From: Amoebophrya sp. A120
Taxonomy: Eukaryota > Protista > Dinoflagellata
DNA: 64,000 bases
NCBI GenBank assembly: GCA_905178155.1
Contig: CAJINV010000003.1
Coordinates: forward strand, 2,623,065-2,687,064
Direction: 5' to 3'
Below, in pieces: positions 23,664-35,745 of this stretch. The notes under the pieces are model-generated. The model ran no database searches and was not told the DNA's origin. It was given only the letters and a program-made list of their open reading frames with translations. The first letter of the stretch is position 1; each line of letters opens with the position of its first letter. A program made the translations under genes and the position numbers.

Positions 23664-24424
23664 TTTGATTATTCCTTCGGCTTCGCCAGGGTGGCCGTCA
23701 CTAAAATTCTTACAACAAAAACAAGCTAGACAGCTGCTGCGGCGGTGTCGTGCCACAACAAGCACAAGCCATGAAGAACTTTACTTCATAAAGTTGGCGG
23801 TGTCTGACTTCCTGTTTGCTTCCCCCAAGCAAAAGTAAGAGGTAGTTGGGTTAAAAATAGACGCACGGACTACAGGTAAGAAGGTCGTGCATACGTACAC
23901 GTAGGCTCATGAATCACATCCGAAATGATACTACGTCAGTACATCGACTGGCTTGCAAGGTAGCTATTGACGGCGGGCTATCAATAAAGTAGAACTTCGT
24001 GCAATGAAGCGAAAATCTTCTTCTATTTCAAGTATAAGTGGATAACAACAAACAAATCACAATATTCAATGAATAACTCTTTCTCTTTCTACGTGTATTC
24101 TGCATGCATAATCGAACGAATCCAAAGCGGTCTTTTTCTGAGGTCGGTTTTCTTTCTCCGCATTCCATTTCGACCCTAATTGTGGAGATTAACTCTATTA
24201 ACGCTAACACTGAGTTGTATCGAAACAAGCATAAAAAAACCGGGAACTGCGGCGATGGAGTAGTTCTTGCAGCAGCAAGATAGAAAAGCTAAAAGTGAAC
24301 AGGGAACTACAACTACTATAACTCCCCGAGGCTTCATCTTGCCGCGAAGGTTGTGAATAGCGTCATATTAATCACGGCAAGGCCCTTCATCCTGGCCTAT
24401 GTACCCGATCTTGACTCCACTAAA

Positions 24425-27400
24425 CTACCCCCGCCCCAAATGCATCTGGAAGAAGGGCGAGGTGCGGACGTCCCTGAGCTGGATCCGACGCGCGGGGTCC
24501 TTTACAAGCATCTGAGAAATCAAGGATGCACACTATTACAGTGAAAAGTGCCCCCCACCCCCAAAGTTGCAAAAATTTGTGATGCGACGTTTCCAAATGA
24601 AAACTTTTTGTCATGCAAGAAAGTAGTACGAATCTTTCTGATGCAGAGTCCAGTCGTGTTTCGCATCGCTTGCATGACAAACACCGCTCTTGCTGGGATC
24701 TTTTGCGATACAAATTTTTGCCATTCACGATCGGAAATCTGTGATGCTGATCCATGCAAGAGGGCGAATGTTTCATTTGGAAAGGTTTGCAATACAAATG
24801 CTTTCAAGTAGTTCGGGGGTGGGGGCATTTTTCATTGTAATACACACGCGTCGGACATGATCCGCTTGTCGATCGGGAACTTCGGCTCCTTGCGAAGGAT
24901 GCGTTTGCACGTTTTCTCCGTGCTCTCGTCCTCGAACGGCGGTTTCCCGAGGAGCAATTCGTACAGCATGATGCCCAGCGCCCACACGTCGGTCAAGTTT
25001 CCCTCGTACTCCCGGCGGTGCTGCACGATTTCCGGGGCCAGGTAGTCCAGAGTGCCGCAGAAGGTGCTGCGCTTCAAGCTGACGGACTTGCACACCGTCC
25101 CGAAGTCCGCAATCTTGACCAGGCCGTCCCGCCCAACCAAGATGTTTTCCAGCTTTATGTCCCCGTGCAGGACGCTGTTCTCGTGCAGGTAGGTGAAGCC
25201 GTCGCAGATCTGGTACATAAACTCCGCGGCCTCCCTATGAACTGCAAAAGTATCGCACTAGTATAAATTGCATTACAAATTAGCCCAACATTACAAATTG
25301 AATTTGTAATGCTGGCTTCCCTTGAGAGAGAGAGCTGTAAATGCAGAAATGCAATTCCAATTACTACGAGTACGATACTTTTACGCAGGATACTCCCGCT
25401 CGGAGAACGCGCTGGCGCCGTTGGTCCCCGTCAAGCGCTCCTGCAGCTTGGCGTACAGATCTACGTCGCACAGTTCCAGAAGTAGGTATATTTTCCGGTC
25501 GTCTGTAAAGTAGTCGTAGAACTTCAGCACGTGGGGGTGGTCGAGCACACTGTGCACCTCGATCTCGCGCAGCAGAAAATCCTGCATACGCAACTGCTTC
25601 ACCTGGAGTTTTCATGTTGTCATGTGGAACATCATCATCATGCAGATGCACGTTACGACCGATAGAAGAAATACGTCGGCGTCGGTGAGATTCTATCTAT
25701 CACAAAGAAAAACAAAGAGGACGCAAGTCTCTTCGACAGTTTTTTAGACGGAAATAATATCAGGCACGCAACGACCTACCCCTACGAGACAAAAACTACA
25801 TCCAGATCCACGCAAGGAAAACGAAGGAGGTCAAAAAGAAACCTTCGACTTCCGGATGATTTTCAGGGCGTACAGATCAGGATTTCCCTTGCCGGCAGAG
25901 AAGAAGGCGGGTGAAGGGGTGAAGCTAGGACGTGGCCGCACTTTGTACAAGTGCCCCGAGTATCAGTTGCAAACGTAATTATACCGCACTCGTACCAATG
26001 GCAGGACTGCATGACGAATCGCTTAAACTGAATTATCATTATTCATACAAACTCCATTGATTTGCATATGCATTTCTCCGCTTTATACAGGTATACGATA
26101 CTTTTGCACTGCATACCGAGGTACCCTGGCCGATTGTTTCGAGCACGTCGAAGTCCTTCAGCGTGTTCGGGCTCTGGTAAAAGTTTAAGCGGTTCAGTAG
26201 CGAGTTGGTGAAATCGCCGGGCGAAGGCTGCTGCTGACTCAGCGCAGTGGACACGGAGTGGGAGTTCTCTTCGGACAGGGACTTTTGCGCTACTTCGACG
26301 ACCAAGCGATCGCCAGGCTGCGGTTGGAGTTGGTCGGGACTGGGGAACACCGATTGCTGTTGGTGAGTCGCCGTAGCAGGCGACTTCATTTTGCTACTAC
26401 TCGACGAGGACGTCGTCGCCGCTCCGCCTCCAATTCCACCCGGGGGAACCACTTTGATCAGATGCTGCGTTTTGGCCACATGGTTTTTTAACTTGGCTTG
26501 AAAAGGATTTGTGGAAGTTGTAGACACGACGACCGAGGAAGAAGAGCAAGAACGACTCGACGGTCCAACGCCAGCAGGGCCGGTCATGGCGGTGGACGGC
26601 ACCACCTGTGCGGCCGGCTGGGGCACCATTTGATGGTGGAAACTTTTAGGTACCGCGAGCGGCTTCTTCGGCGAACTGGTCGGACACTTCAGTATGGAGA
26701 GAAAAAAGTTTGCCACAGTCACTACATCACCAACGACACTTCAACTTGCAGGCTTTGCATTACAAATTTTTCTAGCATCACAGCGTTTTCTTGTATTGCA
26801 GAAACATAGGGGAATCCCTTATGAAGTTTCCCTGTGATGCATTTTTACACATGACAGAAAGTGCTGCATTGCGAAAATGCGCATGAGTGATCGTGACGAA
26901 CTTTTTTTGTTTGATATTCAGCTGGAAGTTGTTACTCCAGGTCTGCGTCTTCCCCGGCGTGCGGGGCTGCAGGTGCTGCGAACAAGCTTGCGCACTGCTA
27001 GAGGCCGCAAGATGTTGCCCGCGGCCCTGTTGGTGGCTCACCAGATGGCCCACTTCCAGCGGACTGGCAATCCGCGGTACGGACGCCAGAATAGGCGTTG
27101 CCACGGACGGGGTGTTTGCGGTGGAAGTGGCGACGGGCGTCGTTACCGGTCGTTGCACCATCACAGAGGCGCTACCGCCGAGAGCCGCTGCTGCACCCTT
27201 GTTGCCGTGCATGCTGAGGGGCGAAGACGCTGGCGGCGCCTGTGAAGTTGTTGTGGTCCCGCCAATCGAGGACGACCCGTTGGCCGGAAAGGTTTTGTAG
27301 TACGTTGGCGTGCTTGCAGAGCCGTCGCGGACAATCCCGCCAGTTTTTGATTCCGTTCGGGTGGAGGTGGTAGAGGGCGGTGGGAAGTAAGATAACGCCG

Positions 27401-30400
27401 TGGGCGCAGGCACTGTTTGTCCGACCCCAACCAGCCGGCGGGATGAGGATGCTGCCGAATTGTGCGCGTTCACGCTAGTCGTTGGTGTGTTCACACCGGA
27501 ATGGGCCGTGCGTGTCGCCAAAATCGCGGTCGCCGGGGTGATGGCGCGGATGTACCCTGCGGCGCTCATCGACCTCGCCGTACTAGAACTGCTCGTCGAG
27601 GGATGGACACCAGGCGCCGCGGCCTGAAGCACCGGGGACGACGAAACTACAGCTCTCCCTGTGACTGGATTCGCACAAGTGCTGGTCTCCCCTACCCCGG
27701 ATGACTCAGTGTTCTTGCCTCCCCGGTCAATACTGGAGGACATTATGGAATACGGATGATCAGCACCGAGAACTGGACTCGCGATCTTGTGAGGAAACGG
27801 GAACCGGCTGAGGGTGCCACCTACGGGAGGACCACCAGTGGGGGCCACACCTCCGGGACTGGCGACCAGAGTTGATGTACCCGATGCCGTAACCGGAGAG
27901 GAGCTTGCTAGCACCGGACTGCCGAACACCGTTTTTGGCTTCGACGATGACGAGGTGGACGGGTGCGGCGCTGCTGCAGAAGGTGCTGTCGCCGTGGTCA
28001 CAAGTGGCTTTGCTGTCACCACGACATCCTCGGCATTCGCGTTTGGTTTGCTGCGTGTCTTTGTGCTTCTTTCACCACTACCAGAAGAAGTAGTGCCTGG
28101 AACATCAACTGCAACGCCAAAGGAAAGACAGCCGTCACTCATGATGCTTTTGCTTTCCTCAACGGAACAAACGGATTTGCTCTTGCTGCCCTGCTGTCTT
28201 ACGGACGACCCATCTTCGACTGGGAAAAGTCGGGGCGCTGCAAATTCGGGGGTCGATCTGGGGTTTGTGTCCGCAACTTCTGTTGCTTTGCTCGTCTTGG
28301 GCGTGCTAGCAACGATCGTCCTCGGCGATGTGCTGGACGTGGCCGCGCCGTCACCTACAGGCCGCTGCATCATCTGCGGAGTGACATGCCCGCTCCGCGA
28401 GGTGGGAGTTGCTTTTTTACTTCTATCTTCCGCGCTTGAAATAGATGCACCTGGTGCGCTACTCGTAGTTCCACCAGGGGCTCGCTTGCGATATACGTTT
28501 TTGTCGGCCGCGGACTGGCGTAAGGGCGTGATCTTCCCCACTAGCGGTTGGAGGTTCTTTGTTCCATGCTGATCCTGCTCTCGTGAATTGCGAGGGCGGA
28601 CAATCGCACTTTCGGTTGCTGAAACGGGACGCTGCTGTGCATTTTGATTGATGGAGAATGATCTCGGCGCCGCGACCGTGCTACTTGATGGAACGGTGAT
28701 AGAGCTGGCTCCTGCTGCCTTCCGAACCGTTGTTGTTGTACTATCAGCAGCACCACCAGTTGTCGCTCGTGGGGACACCGAGCGCTGCATTTGCTCCCGA
28801 ACCGAGTGGGCACGCTCTTTGCCGCGCTGCACCAGCTCCTGCTGCCTCGAACGCACCGCCTCTTTCTTGTCGTGTATTTCGCTGACCTTTTGGTTCCAGA
28901 TATCCTGTGTAAAAACGTCCCCCTGTGAACAGGATGAGCAGATGAAAGAATCTGTGATGCGGCTGCACTTGCTAACGTGCACCACACTGCAGAGTGCAAC
29001 TTGTCATGCGTGACTCACAAAACTCCTAGGTTTGTGTTGCAAAATCCCCATCCTGACTCTGGTGTGGGTACGTTTTTACTCAGGATATCAGAAGTCTTGC
29101 AAAGCTCGCACTGGAGTGCGGTCACGTCCTTTTGAGCCACCTGTTGCATTTTTTGCCGAGCGTGTGCTGGTAGTGGTGGCGCAGGCGGTAAGGGCGGACA
29201 CCGGCAACGCGTCGTCCTGCTGGTCCGAGGATTTTTCTTTTTCAGCCACGGGCATATCAGAAGCCTTCTTGTCGTCTGATGTTCTGGAGCTCTCGGAAAT
29301 TCTTCGGTTCGTCAAGACTGGCTTAAACTCCCGGGGCGTTCCCAGAAGATTGCTTGACCCGCTTGGCGCGCCCGCGCCACGTCTGTTCTGGTTCACAAAG
29401 TTGCGTTTTTTCTCCGAGCTTTGCGGCAGCTGATCGGGAGAGTCTGCTGTCTCGTTGTTCTGCGAAATCCGAGACGCTGGTCGGTAGATGTGTTTCTTCT
29501 TTGGCGGCGACTTCTTCACCGCCGAAGTTCCCGATCGCTCCTGTACGCGCGGCGCACTGGTCTGCGAGCGCTTATTCGTTTTGCTTGGCGTGCCACCTCC
29601 CGCAGGAGAGGCGCCGGGTGCTGCCGATGCAGCAACTGCTTTTCTTTCCTTAGAAGTGACCACGGAGCCGCTTGTCAAGGAAGTGCTGGTACAACTGTGG
29701 TTCTTTCTACTTTGCGAAGAAGTCACTTCTACTCCTGCTGCCTTCTGCAGTGGTGACACGACATTTTTTGGTCTTGGGACGCTCGCAGCTTCAGCCCTCG
29801 CTCTCATGGACATCATTGAAGCAGATACCCCGCCGCGTCCATTCATAGAAAATGACAGGAAAGGATTCTTTCGACTCCGTGACGGCGCAGGATTTCCTCC
29901 GCCGCGGGTGTTTATTGCAGGGGTCGTGCGCCCGCTCTTTGCCGGGCTGCGCGGCTTGGTTGGCGTCCGCTTCTTCGGCGAGAATCTTTGCAAACCGCTT
30001 TTTTGCATCAAACGCTTCTTCGTCGCGGAAGACGGATTCACATCACGGGTTGCTTCTGTCTCGGCCCTGCGTTCGGCAAGAACAGGTTTGTAGCTAACAG
30101 ATTGATCCACAGTATAACAACCCGAGCTGCCCTCGAGCCTGTTCGTGTTTCCGCGAGCGTGCTGGTCCCCCTGCTCAGCTATTGGCTCGTCTGGAGAGCA
30201 GAACAAGACCGCTGCTGTTACGTTGTTCTTTTCTGAGATTTTTCCTGACTTTATTCGACTCGCCGCGGCAGCGAATTCCCGTGGAGGCATTTTCACGGAA
30301 TAACTCCGGAGGTTCTCGTTCTCCTGCTCTTGAGCGGAGGTAGTAGCGTCGTCCTCGATTGCGTTCGTCGTCCAAGCGCGTTGCGTCCGCGTCGCAGATC

Positions 30401-33251
30401 CGGCTGCGACATCGTGTCTGGTCCCAGGTGGGGACGCTCGAAACTTCTCCCGCAGATCCGAGATGGCACCAAGAGCACTGCGGATGATGCTTGCGTTCAC
30501 GCTCTTGCTACCAGGTCTGATGTTACTCTTCTCTTCGACTTCGCGCAAGGTTTCTGGTTGTTCTCCCCCATACAAAGTTCTTGGCGTTCGTGTGGTCTCC
30601 ACTCCTTCGCCTGGTGGATGGACCATGATAATGCCTGCTGCTCCCGCAGTACTAGGGGCACTGGTATTTATTTTTGGCTTCGTCGAGCGAATGCGCAAGG
30701 AATCCTGAGTTGCACTTCTGGGACTGTGTGTGCTGGTCTCGAGGAGCGAAGAGGAGTTGATATGCGCTTGGTCTTCTACCTCCTGCTGCACTCCTTCAAG
30801 GTCGTCCAGTGCGGGACTTGCGGGACTGCCGTCGTACAAAATCGAAGCCGCTGCATCCTCCACTGACATTCGCGCCAGAGCCTCCATGCGCGCGGAATGC
30901 TTTCGACTCGCAAGACCACTAGTTGCTTCTTCGTTTATTCCCCTTTTGATGATGTTGTCCCTCACGACTCTACAACTCGGCCTTTGCGGCTCAGCATCTG
31001 GCACTCCGGCGGGATGTGGCCGGCCGTGTAATTGTACCGCGTCATCGGCGCCTTCAGCGCGAGCAGAAGCCACGTCGGCATGATGAAGAGTCGCGTCGTC
31101 GTCGTAGTCAACGTCATCGAGCCCAAAATCGTCTGCCAGTTGTGTTCTTTTGTTAGCTTGCTGCTTCTGCCTCATCGCCGCTTTGCTCTTCAGGGGGCTC
31201 ATGCGCTTCATCTTCGCGTTGGGACTGCGAGCAACAGCTGCAACTGCATGAGCTCCACCACCCGAAGAGCTGCTTCCTCCGGCCTGTAGTTGAGAGGAGA
31301 ACATGGCCACCAGGGATCGCACACGCGAGCTGTTCGAAGAAGCCGAAGTTCTACTGTCCTGCGGACCTGCGGTGGTTGCGGTTTGTTCACCGGCAGCTGC
31401 GAGGTCTACTTCTTTGATGCCCTCGTGGAGGCCCTCGGGTGGAGGTGCCGTTTTACTGCCAAGAAGGGACGAGGTTGTTCTTGAACTCGGTCGAATTTCT
31501 GCTTCTTGCGCAATCAATGGCTGCGATTCATCTTGCACCACTGATGATCGTGTTCCACCAACACCTTGGTGGGTGCCAACTTCTACTTCTTCGAAGGGAG
31601 ATCGCAAAGCGGCGCCGATGGGTTCGACGGGTGAAATCAAGGACGTGGGGCGAATAGGAGGCGAGGACCTGCCGCTGTCGTCATCGTGCGACGTGGAGAA
31701 ACCGGGGGTGTCATCCGAGGATGACGGAGATTCTCGCCGCTCTTTCATCTCCGTCAGGTTGCGCATGTTCATGCAAAAGTCATCTTCGTTACTACGCCCA
31801 AACCGGGCTGTCTTCGGCTCCTCCTCTTGCTGTGAAAGTTCTAGATTTTTGTCCTGTTCCGCTTCTTGTCCTTGTCGTATCGGAACGGCCAATGAAGATC
31901 CACCCGAGCAGGCCCTGAGCTGCACTGCCAATTTAGGAACTACCTGGTGCTGCGCCTGGGGAGGTCCTGGTGCCGGACTACGACTACCATGCATCCTCGC
32001 GGCGTCCCCGTCCTCCATAGAAGTACTGGGCTGTGCCTGCACTGCCGCCTTGTCGTCGGCCAACAGGGGTTGATCAAGACCAAAGGGGTCATCTTGTTGG
32101 TGCTCTGCTGCCGGCTGATCGCCGGTTAACAAAGTTGCTGTTGCAGAGCAGGCCACACTGGACGAGGACGATGCTGCATCGATTTTTGTGACAGCCTGCC
32201 GGACGAGGTCGGAATCGCTTTGCCGCGCACAGTTGTTCTTGTCGGAGCGCGTTTCCCTGTTTTGCGCGGACGCGGACGACGGGGGGCAGATCTCCAAGCT
32301 CTGTCGAGCGGACGCAAAAACGTCCTGGCTAGAAAAGGTGATGTCAATCAACTCCGGACTGTTGTAGTTGACAAGATCTACCTCCGCCGCCCGGTTCAGG
32401 TCGCCTGCTGGTGGTGGATGTTCCCCGCCGGTTGTTGATGTTCTGCGCTTTTGTTCAATATCTCCGGAAGCACAAGCACCACTCGCTGGCGTCTGCGCTT
32501 CCTCGGAGGCGACAGACTGGAAATCGTCGTCTGCAGTGTCCCGCCTGGCGACGTGCCGCCGGCTTGATGTCTGATGCCGTCGATTGGGGCTCGGGCTCAG
32601 TCGGAGCGCCGTTTTAAGACTCATCGACTCGTTCTTCGGCCGCCGCATCGGAGACAATTCTAAGGACGACGGTTTGCTGTGCGGAGAGTGGACGAGGTCC
32701 TCCGAGATGAGCTTGGTCGTTGTCAAAACGCGAGAAATTATGATCTCAGCACGCGGTGCGCGCGCCAGAAGATCGTCAAATGTTGACCTGCTCGTCTGGC
32801 TCTCAACATCGTCTTCCTGGAGTTCTTGTGCGGCGTCAGCAAAGAGGCTGTTTTTCGGGTGTCCCAGGAGGGCGCCCCATGTTTCGCTGCTGTCTCCGTG
32901 GAGAAAGGATCGCAGTTCGTCTGCGCCTGCGTCGTGTCGTCGCGCAGCTGCCTCCGCTGCAGGAGCCCCCTCCAATGGCCGGAGAAAATCAAACAGCCGA
33001 ACGAGAAACTCCTTGTCGCGAGTGTCAATGATTGATATTTGATGCGAAGATGCGGTCTCTTTATCCTCTCCATCGCCTCTGGAAGATACACCCAAAGATG
33101 GCGCCACTGCTTCTTCGCTCGTCATTTTTTCACACGACGCTGAAAAAGCGAGCAACTTGGCTCGTTCCCGCCCGTTCTTCGAACTTCGATCCAGAAGCAC
33201 ATGCTGCGCGGGATCCAGGTCTGTACGAACGCTTGCTTTCCGGCTGCGCAA
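24425..33251 (-). CDS. Aurora-like Ser/Thr kinase with ~2200-aa low-complexity N-terminus (~2500 aa); 5 introners + 1 GT-AG intron (25603-25842)
   Basis: LKDFDVLETIGQGTS|GHLYKV, YALKII, LLREIEVHSVLDHPHVLKFYDYF, HGDIKLEN, DFG, RSTFCGTLDYLAPE, DVWALG, LISQMLVKDPARR. Summed exons = 7530 nt (divisible by 3). First ATG at 33125. Confidence 0.88.
24534..24842. mobile_element. Introner, family D (309 bp)
   Basis: TIR tattacagtgaaaagtgccccccacccc / ggggtgggggcatttttcattgtaata; TSD cacac; reverse-complement relative of 42563-42871. Confidence 0.92.
25236..25392. mobile_element. Introner, family C (157 bp)
   Basis: TSD ctccc; excision gives FSERE|AAEFMYQIC in the kinase domain. Confidence 0.92.
25961..26115. 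mobile_element. Introner, family C-like (155 bp, diverged)
   Basis: tatcagttgcaaa ... cgatacttttgcactgcata; TSD ccgag; sits in the kinase Gly-rich loop GQGTS|G. Confidence 0.85.
26693..26916. mobile_element. Introner, family E (224 bp)
   Basis: TSD ttcag; excision joins ORFs 26778..28985 and 26039..26722 (NFQLK|CPTSSP). Confidence 0.9.
28901..29087. mobile_element. Introner, family J (187 bp)
   Basis: TIR tatcctgtgtaaaaacgt / acgtttttactcaggata; TSD ccaga/tcaga; excision joins the 1387-aa and 735-aa ORFs (QDFW|NQKV). Confidence 0.88.
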
Positions 33252-35745
33252 GGAATGCAGCCCCGTTGCAATGTCGAAAAAGCACCTGAAGGGGCGTGTG
33301 CGTGTGTAGTGCTACATATTCAACTTCGAAAATATATCGCACTCGGACATAATCCCAATCAACACTTTGTCATAAATTTGACTGTTACACTTCATTTGAG
33401 AAGTAGGTGGTTCCAGAAACAAGTTACATACGTAGTACAGCCAGAGCTATACAAGTACCCGATCGCTTTTTCGTCTGTTGTGCAGCGCACTGCCCCCACC
33501 GCAGCCAGTTCCGCAACACACAGCAATGTTTTTTCGTCATCACTCAGAAAGCAACAAGCTTGGCGCACCAACGAGGGTTCTCGTGCTTGGTAGTGCTGGC
33601 GGTACGCATTTCCAAGCAACGTTTCAAGAGAAACTTTGTTCGAAGACCCCGGTGATGAGCAACTACTGCTGGTGCAAGAAGCTTGCAACTGCTGCCTCGT
33701 CTTGGCAATATCGACTGAGCGCACAGCAAAAGCCTCCCCTGTCTTGCGAAGCCGCGCAGCTCGCCAAGCAGTGTTCGCGCCAAGCGGGGCACCGAAATCA
33801 AAGTCGGCTTCGCTAAGGACCTATGACAGTAATATCATCATGTAAAACACGTCATGTGAGTTTCATTTCATTCTTGCGAAGGCCTGCTTTTTTGCAAATT
33901 ATCGCTATCCAGCAGGAACCGAAAATATAGTGTCTCTCCTGCGCTATTTTTACGCTTCGATGAGGTCGCGATCTCACTTACCAGTTCGTCCGGTCCAGCA
34001 TCTGAGGACCCTCCTTGGCCCATGTTCGTCCCCAGCACAATAGAAGTCAACGGAGGAGCAAAAAAGCGCCGATGTGAAGAGTCGATTCTTCAAAATGAAA
34101 ATGCTGCGTAATTGAAGATTTCGTGGCGAATACAAGACGAAGACATGACGGCGGCTGTCAGCGTCCTGCAGACTTCTTCAATCCATCGGGTCGAGCAACA
34201 TCGCCGCACCATGAGCGTAAGTACTCGTGTCGCTGTCGTCACAAACAGCGCAATTAACATACTTCAGAGAGTGCTCTTCACGTACCATTTTGTTGCTGCA
34301 ATCGGTCGTGTGGTGCTACACAATTCAAAGACCGGTATTTCTATACTATTACTCTAGTTGTCTACCGAAACCGATCGATTGATGATGATGCGAATCTAAT
34401 AACTGACATTAATAAATTATGCCAAGTTTTAGTACGTGTACCCGTGGTATGCCTGCATGACCAGGGCAGAGCCAGGAACGCGACTCGGCCAGGAAGGTAG
34501 GCAAAGGCATCGAACCCAATAGGGTGGATGCTTTCGCAGCCCTGTCTCAAGAAGAGTTCTTGGACGTCAAAACAGAGTGAATAAGTACTACTAGGGACTT
34601 CTTGGTCTCTACTCTCATCTCAGGAACACCATGCCACTATCATGACTGCAGCTCGACATCGACGTGTAGATAAACGACAAAAATGGATTAGCGTTATGCG
34701 ATCGAAGGGAAACAAGAACAACTCCAAGCTCCAACTCAAAACATCTTTCAACACACGCACCGACCTGACCACATCGATGAAGATGAACTTGAACATGATG
34801 AAAGCTGCATTACCACGTCACATCGATTCATGAACCATTGCCATTGGAGCAGGACTGCCGATAGAGTTGTCCTATGCACACGTCTAGTTTTCCTTTTCAG
34901 ACCACCTCGTACAGATGTCTGCTGGCCACCATCTTTTGGCCAATATGCAGTTCATAAAAAGTGTACGTACAACCTTGACAATCTTTTGTTCACGTTCGAC
35001 CTCGAATCGAGCCAGCGATCTCGCACTGCGACAAATATCCATATCACGATGAAAAACTTTGCTCTTGCTGCAAGAAGATGTTTACGGAACCCCACCAGCT
35101 CGCGGTATTTGGCTCTGCAGCCTCCATGTCTGCACGCTCCCACTGCGATGTCCGTCGTGCGAAAAAGAAATTATATCGCGTACTGAAAAGACTGATGAGT
35201 CACATTTGAGAACAACAGTTGTTCATCAAGAATTTGAGAAAAATTCTTTGTTGCTTCAAGACTGCCCACCACGGAACCTTCACTTCCAGACTTTTACTTT
35301 CAAAACTAAAACCGGTTTACGTTTAGTACTAAATATGACGCTTTATTTGCCGGGGTCGTCCCATGATCCCACCATCGCAAGCTTTCGATTTCGTGGTCAT
35401 CAAGTTGCTCCGACTTGACACTGATTCAGGTAGAGTTCAGTTCTTACTAAGCCATAGCTACTCAACTTGTGTCAAAATAAAAGATTGCGCTAGGTATAAA
35501 ACTTTCATAAACTGCCTTTTGTGTGGTTCTGGAGTTATTTTGTCAGCCTCGGGAAGTAAGTACTGCTACTTACTTGATGAAAAGAAAGAGTAACGAGCGG
35601 CTGATATTTTCCTCCGCGAGGATTTTTACGATTACCGTCAACTACCTAGAAGGCGGACAAGCTAGCACACGGTCCTCGCGTTATTTCCCCGGCGACAAGA
35701 AGAGCAGGAAGATGTGGCTCTCTCTTCCGCTTCATCATTCCGTGC

